A DNA stretch of 64,000 bases, from the NCBI GenBank assembly GCA_965112155.1, contig OZ218102.1. The stretch is one strand, 5' to 3'. Positions 51,925 to 62,780 of this stretch are shown piece after piece. Made by a program: the position numbers and the translations under genes. Position 1 is the first letter of the stretch; every line of letters starts with the position of its first letter. Under the pieces are notes generated by a model that saw only the letters and a list, made by a program, of their open reading frames with translations, was not told the origin of the DNA and did no database searches. Source of the DNA: Podarcis liolepis. Taxonomy: Eukaryota.

Positions 51925-52171
51925 CAGTGGTACCTCTGGTTGCGAACGGGATCCGTTCCGGAGGCCCATTTGCAACCTGAAAAGATCGCAACCCACGTCT
52001 GCGCGTGTGCGGGTCGCGATTTGCCGCTTCTGCGCATGTGCGTGATGTTATTTTGCACGTCTGCGCATGCGCGAACGGTGAAACCCGGAAGCAACCCGTT
52101 CCGTTACTTCTGGGTCACCACGGGACCAGAAAATACGCAACCTGAAGCAAACATAACATGAGGTATGACTG
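51925..52171. mobile_element. Tc1/mariner MITE, CpG-rich subfamily
   Basis: TA|CAGTGGTACCTC...GAGGTATGACTG|TA. Confidence 0.85.
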
Positions 52172-52405
52172 TACCTTTTGCAATTCTGATATGCTAGCCA
52201 ACTGCCACCAATCTCTCAGATGATGGGTTTTTAATCTGCAGTGCATGGTTTTCCTTCTCATGCAGGTATTCTTCAAACGATACATAGGAAGTTTCTCATG
52301 GTCTCCTTTTAGATGTGGTCAGGATTGACCATACAAATGCTGCATCCGTTGAGTTTCAGGTTGTTGGCTCTCATCCAGTCCTTTACCGAGGCAAGGCAAC
52401 AGTCC

Positions 52406-52965
52406 AGAACATAGAATCATAGAATCATAGAGTTGGAATAGACCACAAGGGCCATCGAGTCCAACCCCCTGCCAAGCAGGAAACACCATCAGAGCACTCC
52501 TGACATATGGTTGTCAAGCCTCTGCTTAAAGACCTCCAAAGTAGGAGACTCCACCACACTCCTTGGCAGCAAATTCCACTGTTGAACAGCTCTTACTGTC
52601 AGGAAGTTCTTCCTAATGTTTAGGTGGAATCTTCTTTCTTGTAGTTTGGATCCATTGCTCCGTGTCCGCTTCTCTGGAGCAGCAGAAAACAACCTTTCTC
52701 CCTCCTCTATGTGACATCCTTTTATGTATTTGAACATGGCTATCATATCACCCCTTAACCTCCTCTTCTCCAGGCTAAACATGCCCAGCTCCCTTATCCG
52801 TTCCTCATAAGGCATCGTTTCCAGGCCTTTGACCATTTTGGTTGCCCTCCTCTGGACACGTTCCAGTTTGTCAGTGTCCTTCTTGAACTGTGGTGCCCAG
52901 AACTGGACACAGTACTCCAGGTGAGGTCTGACCAGAGCAGAATACAGTGGCCCTATTACTTCCCT
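52406..52965 (-). mobile_element. young CR1 LINE 3' fragment with open ORF2 C-terminus
   Basis: [32 protein letters not shown]...[16 protein letters not shown]...FKQRLD and an (ATTCTATG)n tail. Confidence 0.93.
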
Positions 52966-54348
52966 CTACTCCCTCTATTACTTTACATCTACTGCCACAC
53001 CCGCAGGTGTAAAGGAGAAGCAGGGCTATGCCAAAAGACAGTTTAAGAACTTAAGATTAAGAAGTGCTGGATCAAGCCAATGGCCCATTTGGTCAGGCAT
53101 CATGTTCTCACAGAGGCTTACCAGATGCTTGTGGAAAACCTCCAAGCAGGAACACAGCAGAACTCTCCTGTGGTTTCCAGCAACTAGAATTCAGAAGCAG
53201 GTGGTCTCTGGTGGTGGAGCACAGCCATCAAGCCAGTAATTGCTATCCTCCATGAATTTGTCTAGCTTTCTTTTAAACCCGTCCAGGTTGGTGGCCCCCA
53301 CTGCCTCTTGTGGGAGTGAGTTCCACAGGCTGCGTGAATAAGTACTTTCTGTTATCTGTCCCGAGTCTTCAAACGCTCAGCTTGGCTGGATGTCCACGAG
53401 TTCTGGCGTTACAAGAGAGAAAAACATTTCCCTGTCTGCTTTCTCCATGCATAATTGTCAACACCTCTTTTGTGCCACTGCTTTTGCCCCTCCTTTTCTC
53501 CACACAGAAAAGTCCAAAATGCCGCAACAACAAGGGAAGTTGTTGCTCCATCCCCTGTATCAGTTTCCCGAACCTTTTCCCGGCTCTACAATATCCTTTC
53601 CAGAAGACTTGGTTAAGTATTCTGCCTGTAAGTCATCTTGAGAGAGAGGCAGAGTATGGATAATGATAAGGCGGTGAATTGTTAACAGCCCCCTTGACAG
53701 ACAGCAGCAGAAATAGTTTTCCACCTCCCTCCCGCCCAGCTTGTAGCTGAATAGCTGCCTTTCCCCAGAAGCTTACAGGTGAATTGCCCTTTTTCAAAGC
53801 CGCCTGACAGCTACCTTTCTGCCAAGTCCTCAGCAGTGTTCTTGACAGGGCCATGTGAACAAATGTGTCAGATCTCCTTGCTTGCCTCTCCATACAGCCT
53901 GACAGTTCATAAGGGTAAAATGCCAGGTAGACCTGACATATTTGTTCAAATGTCACTGCTGAGCATAATGTTCAGAACAGAGGATGCTAGAAGCATGCAG
54001 GAGGGAGGGACAACAAGCTGGTCACAGCACGCAAAAGGAGCATGATGGAAAGGTGGCAGTTAAAGGGGAAAGAGAACACACTATTTGCCTTCCTCGGTCA
54101 TAAAAGCAGAGGAAATATGTACACCATGTTTTTTTAAAAAAACCAACAACCGAGGAAGGGCCTCGTGGTGGCGAAAGCGAGCAAACACAAGTGTCGCATG
54201 GACAAAATGCTAACTTCATTGTTCTTAATAAATGCAATCAAAATGTTGACTTCAAAATGTGGCCTTTTTTTCTTTTCTTTTTTACTACCCAGAATCAAGA
54301 GACATTGTTTGCAGGTAAAAATTTAATGCAGCAATTAAATATACAGTA

Positions 54349-54567
54349 CAGTGGTACCTCGGGTTGAGTACTTAATTCGTTCCGGAGGTCCGTACTTAAC
54401 CTGAAACTGTTCTTAACCTGAAGCACCACTTTAGCTAGTGGGGCCTCCTGCTGCCGCCAGAACATGATTTCTGTTCTCATCCTGAAGCAAAGTTCTTAAC
54501 CCGAGGTACTATTTCTGGGTTAGCAGAGTCTGTACCCTGAAGTGTATGCAACCTGAAGGTACCACTG
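54349..54567. mobile_element. Tc1/mariner (Tigger-like) MITE
   Basis: CAGTGGTACCT TIRs and TA TSD. Confidence 0.88.
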
Positions 54568-54657
54568 TAGAGCAAAGCCTGTAAGGAATTGGAAAGGGGG
54601 CGGCAGAAGTATGCAACCTATTCAGTTATAGGGTTGCCATTTTCCGTTTGGCTAGGG

Positions 54658-55151
54658 CAGGGGTCTGCAACCCGCGGCTCCGGAGCCACATGTGGCTCTT
54701 TTACACCTTTGCCACAGCTCCGGGGCGGATACTAGCGAGGGGAGGAGGCACATTGTGCGCCCCGACACTCCCCACTGTGGTGGGCGCTGTACTGGCTGTG
54801 ACATCGCATGGGGGCGGTGCGTGCATTAGTCACGCACTGTCCCGGTGTCACTTTCCTGCCCGTCCGCTACATTGTAAGGGGCATGTACGCTGGTCACTGC
54901 ATTGAAAGGGGGCATGTACGCTGGTCACTGTTTTGAAGGGGAGTGAAGAACACACACACACAAAAAAGGTAACTTGTTAATTTAACGTTTATTTCTATGA
55001 GGAGGAGTAATTCTGAGGGGTCAAACAAAGAAATAATAAAAAAGTGACAAAAAAGTTATTTTTATAATGACGAGTTTTGCAGCTCCCAGTTTTTTTTCCT
55101 TCGGAAACGGGTCCAAGTGGCTCTTTTTGTCTTAAAGGTTGCAGACCCCTG
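54658..55151. mobile_element. non-autonomous hAT (Charlie/Buster-type) element
   Basis: Perfect TIR CAGGGGTCTGCAACC and perfect TSD GGCTAGGG. Confidence 0.92.
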
Positions 55152-56379
55152 GGCTAGGGGGCCTTTGCCTTTAAAAGCTGCGTTAGGAGTAGCAGCAGGA
55201 GTCACAGGTGTAGCACCTCCACCAGCGCCCAAGGTGAGTGTGCGCTCGTGTTCACCAGGCCCTCATCGCCAGGTGGGGCATGAGCTTCACCCTCCACAAG
55301 CCCGCCCTTCGCCCTGGAGGAGCAGGCCCTTGCGTGCCAGATCTCTGGTGGGAGGGCGCCTGTTTTAGTCCCCCCCCCTCCAAGTGCGCCCACCTGATAC
55401 ACCCACTCTGCATATGTTTGCTACAAGAGCGGAAAACCTAATTTTAAGAAACTGTATTAAAGTAATTCAGTTTGATTTGTAATAATTTGGGAAAATCAAT
55501 AATTTGGAAAATCAAGTATTTGATAGAATATACTGTAGTGTGTGTATGTAATGTGTGTATATGTATGTGTGTGTGTGTATTATTGGTTTGTGGGAGTTGT
55601 TCTCATTTTTATGAGGTATTTTGAACCGCCTTGAGATCTATGGATGAATTTAATTCATACAAATTTAATTATTTATTTAATAATTAGCAATAATTGAATT
55701 TATACTGTAACTCATGCTGAAGGCTATCCTCGAATGTTGGCTCTTACTCCCAAGTACTCCCTTACGGGGCAAACCTATAGATATTTACTTAGAAGTAAAC
55801 CCCACGGGGTCCAATGGAATTTACAGGGAAATACACCTGCAATCCTCTAGTTTCCCTCTCTGTAAAATGGGGATTCTGTAGCTCAGGGATTTTGCTGCGA
55901 GGGAAATTCAATGGCAATCCCAGAGATACTTTGCTGATTAAAGCAATAGCAACTCCGCAGCTTTCTCTATGCAAATAGTAGGAGATGAATGAGACGGGAA
56001 GGTGCGTTGAGTAAATAACGATTAAATTACCCCTTTCGTATTTGCACCTCGATACTTCCCAACAGGACAAGTCATCAGTGCTCGGGGGGTTCTTTGTGTG
56101 CCAAAAGCGAATATGAAATCTGCTCATTCATTTCTCACGAACAACTTCCTTGCACGGAATCGCTCTTCTCGAAGCCGTTTCTCAGCTTCGACTTTCGTCC
56201 CCACCCTCTTTGGCCCGGCTCCTTGCTTTATGGCGATGGCAATACAAAGAAGATTTTACTGGGGGGGGGTTAGGTGGGGAGATAGCTTTCTGCTAAGCCA
56301 GCTCCTCAATATGTCAAGGTGACAGCGACAAAGCGTCGCTCGCTTCAATTCTCTGTTTCCCATTTCCCCCTCGCCAGCT

Positions 56380-57500
56380 CGAAGACAGAAACTAACATGC
56401 TTCAGTCTCGTTTCCCCCGAAATCCGACCCGGGGCTGTTGCTCGGCAAGTTCAGATTGCCCAATCGCGGCGCAGGACCACGCGGCCCCCGTTCCCACGCC
56501 CAGTTTCCTCGCAGTGCTCGGTTCAAAGGCGCCTCTCGGGTTACCGCAGGGGTGTGTGTGTGTGTGTGCACGCGCGCGGGGGGGGGGTTAGGAAGAAGAG
56601 GGGCGGGGGTGTGTGGGTGGGTGTGGGTGTGTTTGCACGTGTCTGCAGCGCCTCTTGCCGTGCAACAAACTTCGCCCTGCCTGGAACAAAGTGCCCCTTT
56701 TTTTTGCAATGCAAGCGGTCCCGGTTCTCCAGGGCGCTCCGGGTGTGCGTGAGAACGCGCACATGTGCACGCGCCTCGCTCGCTCGCTCGCTTCCTCCCC
56801 CCCCTCCCCACCCACAGAGTTTAGAATCCCAGCTATGCAAATAAGCGAAGCAGCCAGTCCCTCCCCCGCCCTTGATTGGGTGGGCTTGGCTTAAGGCGAG
56901 GCAGCAAAGCGAAGGGAAAGAGGAGGAGGCGGAGCCCGGCTTGGAATGCGAGCACGGACTGACGGCGCGGCTGGGCGAGTCAGGGAGAGCTTTGCAAATA
57001 AAAGCAGAGGGGGAGGGGAAAGGGAAGGAAGGCAGGCGAGGCTTCGCTTCGCTTCGCATGCAAAGCTCCACCCCCCCGATGGTGCAGCTGCCCGGGCCGA
57101 GGGCTTTTCAGGAAGCGGTACTTAAAACGGCTCCAGAGGAACATGTGAGAAGCAGTCGCCGCTGGAATCCGAAGGGCGAGGAGGAGGAGGAGGAGAGGAG
57201 CTGCAAGGGGAATGGGCGCCGCTGGGTCACATGCGGGAAGGGGCCGAGCGAGCGCCGCTGCCCGAGCCTGAGGTGCGCCGCCGTCGGGGGCAGAGCGGGC
57301 TGAACGCGGGGAAGGAGAGACGCCGGGGCTCCTGCTCCTGCCGCCGCCTCCGTCTCCTCTTCTGCCGGCTTTCCCTTGCTCCGTCGACGCCGGACCAGCA
57401 GCAGCCCTTGGGCTCGGGCTGGGCTGCTTCGCCTTGGGGTCGGTCGCCTTTGCTGCAGTCGGCCAGCGGAGAGGCGAAGCGAAGAACAGACTCCGGTAAC
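56380..57500 (+). promoter_or_regulatory. CpG-island promoter of TIPARP
   Basis: CpG-rich. Contains GC boxes, CCAAT/ATTGG, octamer ATGCAAAT (56835-56842), E-box CACGTG (56636-56641), several GCGTG AhR cores and a TATA-like CTTAAAA at 57121. Confidence 0.75.
57150..57495 (+). other. TIPARP: probable TIPARP exon 1 (start approximate)
   Basis: GC-rich leader downstream of the TATA-like motif, ending at CCG|gtaact where GC content drops. The TSS is inferred. Confidence 0.55.
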
Positions 57501-60074
57501 TTCCTTCGAGGCTTTTGCTTCCTTGCTTAAAAAATGAAAGAATCTACTTGTCGAGGGGCGCTGAATTAAAGAGAGGATTTGGTGCTCCTTCGCGTGTTAA
57601 ATTTTTTTTTAAAGGGGAAAAGTCCTTTCTTGCTGAGATGATTATTTTTTGTTTAAGCGCATTTAACTTGGAAGCGAGCGCTCTTGTATGCAAGTGCGGC
57701 TGGGCTTCTGAACAAGGACCGGGTTGCAGAGCAAACGGGCGAGCAAGGTGAAAAGTGCTCCCCCCCAAAAAAGAAAAAAAAACCCTCGCAAATTCCAAAA
57801 TTAAGGACTGGGTTGCGATTGCTCGGCGCACCCACCCACCCCTTAAAAAAAATAAATCGCATACTGCGGGTCCTACTTCCAAGTAAAGAGTGGCTTTTGG
57901 ATTGCAGCCTTGAAGGGCGATCCTAGACGTGTTTTTTTCCCGAAGTGGGAGTCCCGCGGACTTCTACGGGACGTGCTTCTGAGTTGATGTGCATTGCAGT
58001 CCCCTGGGAGCTTCTCTGTCCGGGGAGGTGGGGTGAGTACATCGGGGCTGGGGGAGGGGAGGACTTAAAGGGCCTGGCCGAAGCAGACTGAGGGGGAGGG
58101 GGGTCGATCCCAGCCGTAGAGTCAACTCTTCAAAAAACGGAAGAGCTGTCGACTCCCCCTCCGGGCTTCCCGGCCAGTGAATGAAACCAAAGCGCCTTGC
58201 GCAGGAATTGGAGCGGAGCCTTCGGCTCATTGCAGGCTTGCCAAGAGTTTTTCCACGCTTTCAGTATTGTGCATTCATTAATCTGGAAGGGTCGCGCACT
58301 GCTCTGCTGCCAGGATTAGGCCCTTTACCACCGCCACATCGCAGTATCCAGATCGCCCCTGTTGCACCATTCGGGGCAATTGTGTGCGGGGGTGACTAAT
58401 CCGCGATGAGTTTCTATGCTCTGCAAACAATAGAGCTTCTCGGAAGGTGGTGCCCCTCCTATCGCTTGGGCAAAAACCTCTCGATGACCTTCCTCGATCC
58501 TGGTGTTGCAAAGCAGGGAAGGGAAGTGAGTGACCGTTGAGCTCAAGGAACTGGTGACAGTGTCTTTTCTGCACTTCCTTTTTTGCTGGAGTCATCTTTG
58601 GCTTTAAGCGCCACACGGACTGCCAGGCTGTGGGATTTTCACGGAAGGGGGATGGGGAGGCAGGCTAAACTGCAGTCCTAATCTGAATTCAATAGGACCT
58701 ACTTCTGAGTAGACAAATGGAGAAAGATTTAACTTGGCCGTAACTGGCTTGAGAACATTCTTGTAGGTCAGGACACCTAGCGCAGAGTAAGCTTCTCATG
58801 AAAAAAACTGCTGTTCAGCTGGGCAGAATTTCAAGTAAATAAAGGCTGGCTTGTTCCACGATGAAAACGGAAGAATAGGTAGAACTTCACCCAGATGCTT
58901 AGGGAAGTTTTTTAATGTTTGATATATTATTGTGCTTTTAATATTTTGTTGGGGGCTGCTCAGAGTGGCTGGGGCAACCCAGTCAGTCAGAGGGGCGGCA
59001 TATGCCTAACAAAATCCTTATTATGCAGTTTTATTAAATCTGTATAAAGCAAACCTTGGCTTCACGAGCAGTAAGAAGTTCCGATTCTGAATATTGCACC
59101 AGTTTAATAGATGTTCCTTTGTAGAAGCCAGTCTAAATCTGTTTCAAATATGTATTCATACTTTTCTGTATCCCCCAACCCCTCTATGCACACATTATAA
59201 GGGTCCTTTCTAGCAATGTAGATACCCCAAACCGAGAGTTGTCTTAACCACATGGAAATGCGGCTCTTGATCTTCCAATTAAAATATTCCCAGGCGCTGG
59301 AGCATCGTGGATTCTGTGTATGTGTGCCCAACCCCATACAAAAAAACCTTTCCCCCCCTTTTAGAAGCTGCAGTGCCGGAGAAAGTCCTGCAGGTGGCAG
59401 GGCAGCTTGTCCGCTCCTTCGCTGCTTAGTCAGAAGCGGCTGGTGCGTGTGATTCAGGCGGGATGACTGGCTGTTTGTGGGAATGCGAAACTACCTCAGA
59501 GGCTCGGGAGAGGGAATGACGAGGCAGTTCCCAGCCCGCAAGTGGGGCAGCGGCGGCGCGCAGGGCGACCCGAGGGATGTGCGTTTCCTCTAAGGTCTCT
59601 CTTGAGGAATCCGCCCTTCTGGGGAGGAGCCGCTGCAAGGACAGTTTCGCATTCTCACATGCTCTTCTTACTCATTCGGTTCCGAGCTGCACACGGAATC
59701 TGGTCAACTTCCAGTGACTTGGGTGTCGGGAGGGGGAAGACATCACCCTGCGTTTCCCTGAGGGAGAGACTTTGTGTATGTACCTGCGGGCACGGGTTTG
59801 GGAAGTCAGTTGGCATAGGTGTGGGTTGTTTTTGTGTGTCTGTGTGTGTCATGGGAACCAACTCCTAGGGGCAGAGGTCCCTTTGCCCCTGCCCCAATAA
59901 AATATTTGAGCCGGCCAGCCCCCATCCCCCAAATTTGATGGGCATTGCCAATCAAATGGTGTTCATGTGTTGCATCTTGTGATCAATTATGCAGGGCTTA
60001 CCTGGGGACACCCCCCCCCCAATATTTTATTCCAAGTTGGCACTCCTGGGGTGTGTGTGTGAATGTGAATAGAT

Positions 60075-61474
60075 CAGTGTTTCCCAACCACTGTTCCGCG
60101 GCACACTAGTGTGCCGCGAGATGTTGCCTGGTGTGCCGCGGGAAAAATTAAAAAATGCGAAAGATTTTTTTTAAAAAAAAATTCAAATTTTCGATTGGGG
60201 CGCCGTCACTAGATGACCCCTGGGGTTCCCTCCCTCCCTCCCTCCCGCTCTGTGCCTCCCTCCTCCTCCTCCTCCAGGGAGGCCCTTCCTGGCCCTCGGC
60301 CAAGGCTTGGCGGCTGCCACTCACTCACTCGCTCGCCGACCCTCCATCCCTGCACCCGGCCTCTCCCCCTCCGTCCCCGGCATGGGGGCTGCCGGGATCC
60401 GTAGTCCCCTCGCCCTTGGGCTCCGCGCCCGCGAACTACGTTTCCCAGCGTGGCCTGGCGGGCCGGGCGTTTTGTTTGAAGCGCTCTTCTCCCGGCCATG
60501 GAATGAGCGCGGCGGCCGGGCGGGCAGGGGCTCTTCTGCGCAGACCCCGCGCAGCCTGCCTGCACCCCCGCGGAGATTGGGCGGCAGGATGGAGCCCGGG
60601 GATCCCCGCGGAGGCGGAGCGGCGGAGGCTGCCCCCCAGGTAGGGCTGCGTCGGGGGGGGGGTTATTTTTGCAATGCTGCATCCGCGCCGGAGGGGACGC
60701 ATCGGACCGCGGGGAGACCCCTTGGCGGGCGTGCAAGGCAATGCATGCGTGCAGGCGTTGCATGGAGTGCAGTGCAATGCAATGGCAACGCGGCGCCCTG
60801 CATGCATGCATGCAACTTCCACCGGCGCTCCGGACTTGGCAGGTGAGGGGGGTCCCCAGTGGGCGGCAGAGAGAGCCGGGAGGGCGAAGGGGAGCCAGGG
60901 GGGAGCAGCGCTGCTCCCCGAGCCGAGCCTGGGGGGAAACTTCGGCGTCGTTGCGCCGGGTGTTGGAAGCGGAGGCTGGCGGGGGCCCCTCACCTGCAAA
61001 ACCTGGTCGCCTCTCATATATTTCGTGCATTGCATTCATCGCCCGCTTTCTCCTCCAAGGAGCTCCCGGGGGCGCGCGTGGTTCTCCCCGTGTTATCCTC
61101 GCAACAACAGCCCTGCGAGGTGGGTCAGGCGAGTGGCCCAAGGGGGCACCCAGGGATTGTCCTGGCCAGGTGGGGTGATTTGAACCCTGCTCTCTGCCCG
61201 GTCTTCGTCCTCATTTAGCCCCCACATGTGCATGACTGAGGTTTTCCCCCCTCGTCTTGGCTATGGTGTGAGTCTGTGCTGTTAATTAATGGGGTTCTGC
61301 CTTCGAAGAAGATGAGCCAGCCCTCAAGGAGGTGATTATGTAATTTGCTAGCAATTCATGTCCCTCCCGGCGTGACGCTGCGCGCTGACGTCACGGGGCT
61401 GTAATGGTGGTGTGCCTCGAGATTTTTTTCATGAAACAAGTGTGCCTTTGCCCAAAAAAGGTTGGGAAACACTG
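60075..61474. mobile_element. 1.4-kb non-autonomous hAT element with CpG-island-like cargo in TIPARP intron 1
   Basis: Perfect 15-bp TIR CAGTGTTTCCCAACC, subterminal GTGTGCC repeats at both ends, and perfect TSD GAATAGAT at 60067-60074 and 61475-61482. Confidence 0.92.
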
Positions 61475-61887
61475 GAATAGATAGCTAGATAGACAGAGAG
61501 AAGTCTGTCTCCATGGGTCTTTGGGAGACAGAAAGGAGCAGCAAGACTTGCATCTGTGTGAATAGGAAGGAGCCACAGTCTTGTGCCAGTAAACAAGAAA
61601 AGGTAGATTCCACCCTGTTCCAAGGATGTAAGTGAGGTAGGGCGAAACAAATGTTGGCGTTTTTAGATAATGCTGTTTACTTGGTTTCAGTCTTTGTATT
61701 TGCTAAGGACTGCTCACATGCTGTAAACGGGTGTGTGGGGTTTTTTGGGGTGTGTGGGAGATGTGATTTTTGTGTCAACCCTGAGCCCCACTAGAAGGGA
61801 GAGGTTAACCCCTTTCTTTCTTTCCCACCCACCCTCCCTTCTTCTGCCCTAGGCGCCTGTGTGACTTGGAAGGAGACCCTCAAAGCG

Positions 61888-62780
61888 ATGGAAACCAAAC
61901 TGGGACCTCCCTACGCAGTTCAGCCGGCCTGCTGCCAGGAGGTGCCAGGCTCCGCTCCTTCAGAGGCCTTTGCTATGCCGGCAAGGATCTCCGGAAAGAT
62001 CCCGCCGGTCAGGCCTTGTTTCAAAAAGAAGGACGTGCAGAAGCTGCTGGACACAGGGGCACTGAGGGCTCTGCGGCCCATCATCACCACCTTGCTGGGG
62101 TCTGGCGCCCTGGATGCGTTCCTCCGGCTCAGAGGACAGAAGAGCAACCGTAGCAACTTGCATGAACCTGTCGTGAAGAAGGTCTTGGGGATCGCGGCTC
62201 CCTGCGCTCAGCCGGACAGCAGCATGGCAGTGCTGGTGGCAGGGACTTCGGACATTCAAGGACAAATATCAGATGGGTCTCCTGACCAGGAGGCCCAGCC
62301 TGGGGAGCAGAGTTTCCCCTCCGTTACCTCTTCTGCAAGTGAGCCATTCCAGGACCACTCCTTGCATGCTGCTGCCTTTCTTTCCTGCCCTGACAAGATA
62401 CTTGAAGGTTATCCTGTGGTGCTCCAGGACAACAACAACAGCTTCATGGGTCAATGCCACTTGAATCCGGCGGACAAGTTTGGAGATGGGCTTTTCCAGG
62501 ACAAAAGCGAGGAGGCGTCCCTCGACCTTGTGTTTGAACTCTTGAACCAGCTGCAATATCACACCCACCAGAAGGACGGGGTGGACATCTGCGTGGATTT
62601 TCTGCAGGGGGTCTGCCTCCTCGGCAGCGATTGCCCCAGGCACCACACGGTCTTGCCCTACCACTGGCAAGTCAGGAGGACAGCCACACAAGTGTGGCAG
62701 AGTGTGACCACTGACTCCCAGGAGCAAATGGAAAGGCTCTACTGCAACCCGGACAACGACAAAGTCAAAATGAGATACCG
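61888..62780 (+). CDS. TIPARP: TIPARP/PARP7 first coding exon (exon spans 61853-62780; gene continues beyond the window)
   Basis: Polypyrimidine tract plus ccctag| acceptor, ATG in gcgATGG context, donor CG|gtgagt. The protein shows PCFKKK, LRALRPI..LL.SGALD, LFQDKSEEASLDLVFELLNQLQYHTHQ, a CCCH zinc finger C-x7-C-x5-C-x3-H (62590-62646) and a WWE-like start (LPYHWQ...ERLYCNP). Confidence 0.96.

Noticed and set aside
52489-52836. 115-aa ORF as a host gene
   Set aside because: It is the CR1 ORF2 C-terminus of a 5'-truncated retrotransposon.
60155-61218. Overlapping ORFs up to 310 aa, and a native second CpG-island promoter of TIPARP
   Set aside because: The ORFs reflect stop-codon scarcity in GC-rich DNA and show no domain. 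The island lies inside a TIR/TSD-bounded insertion.
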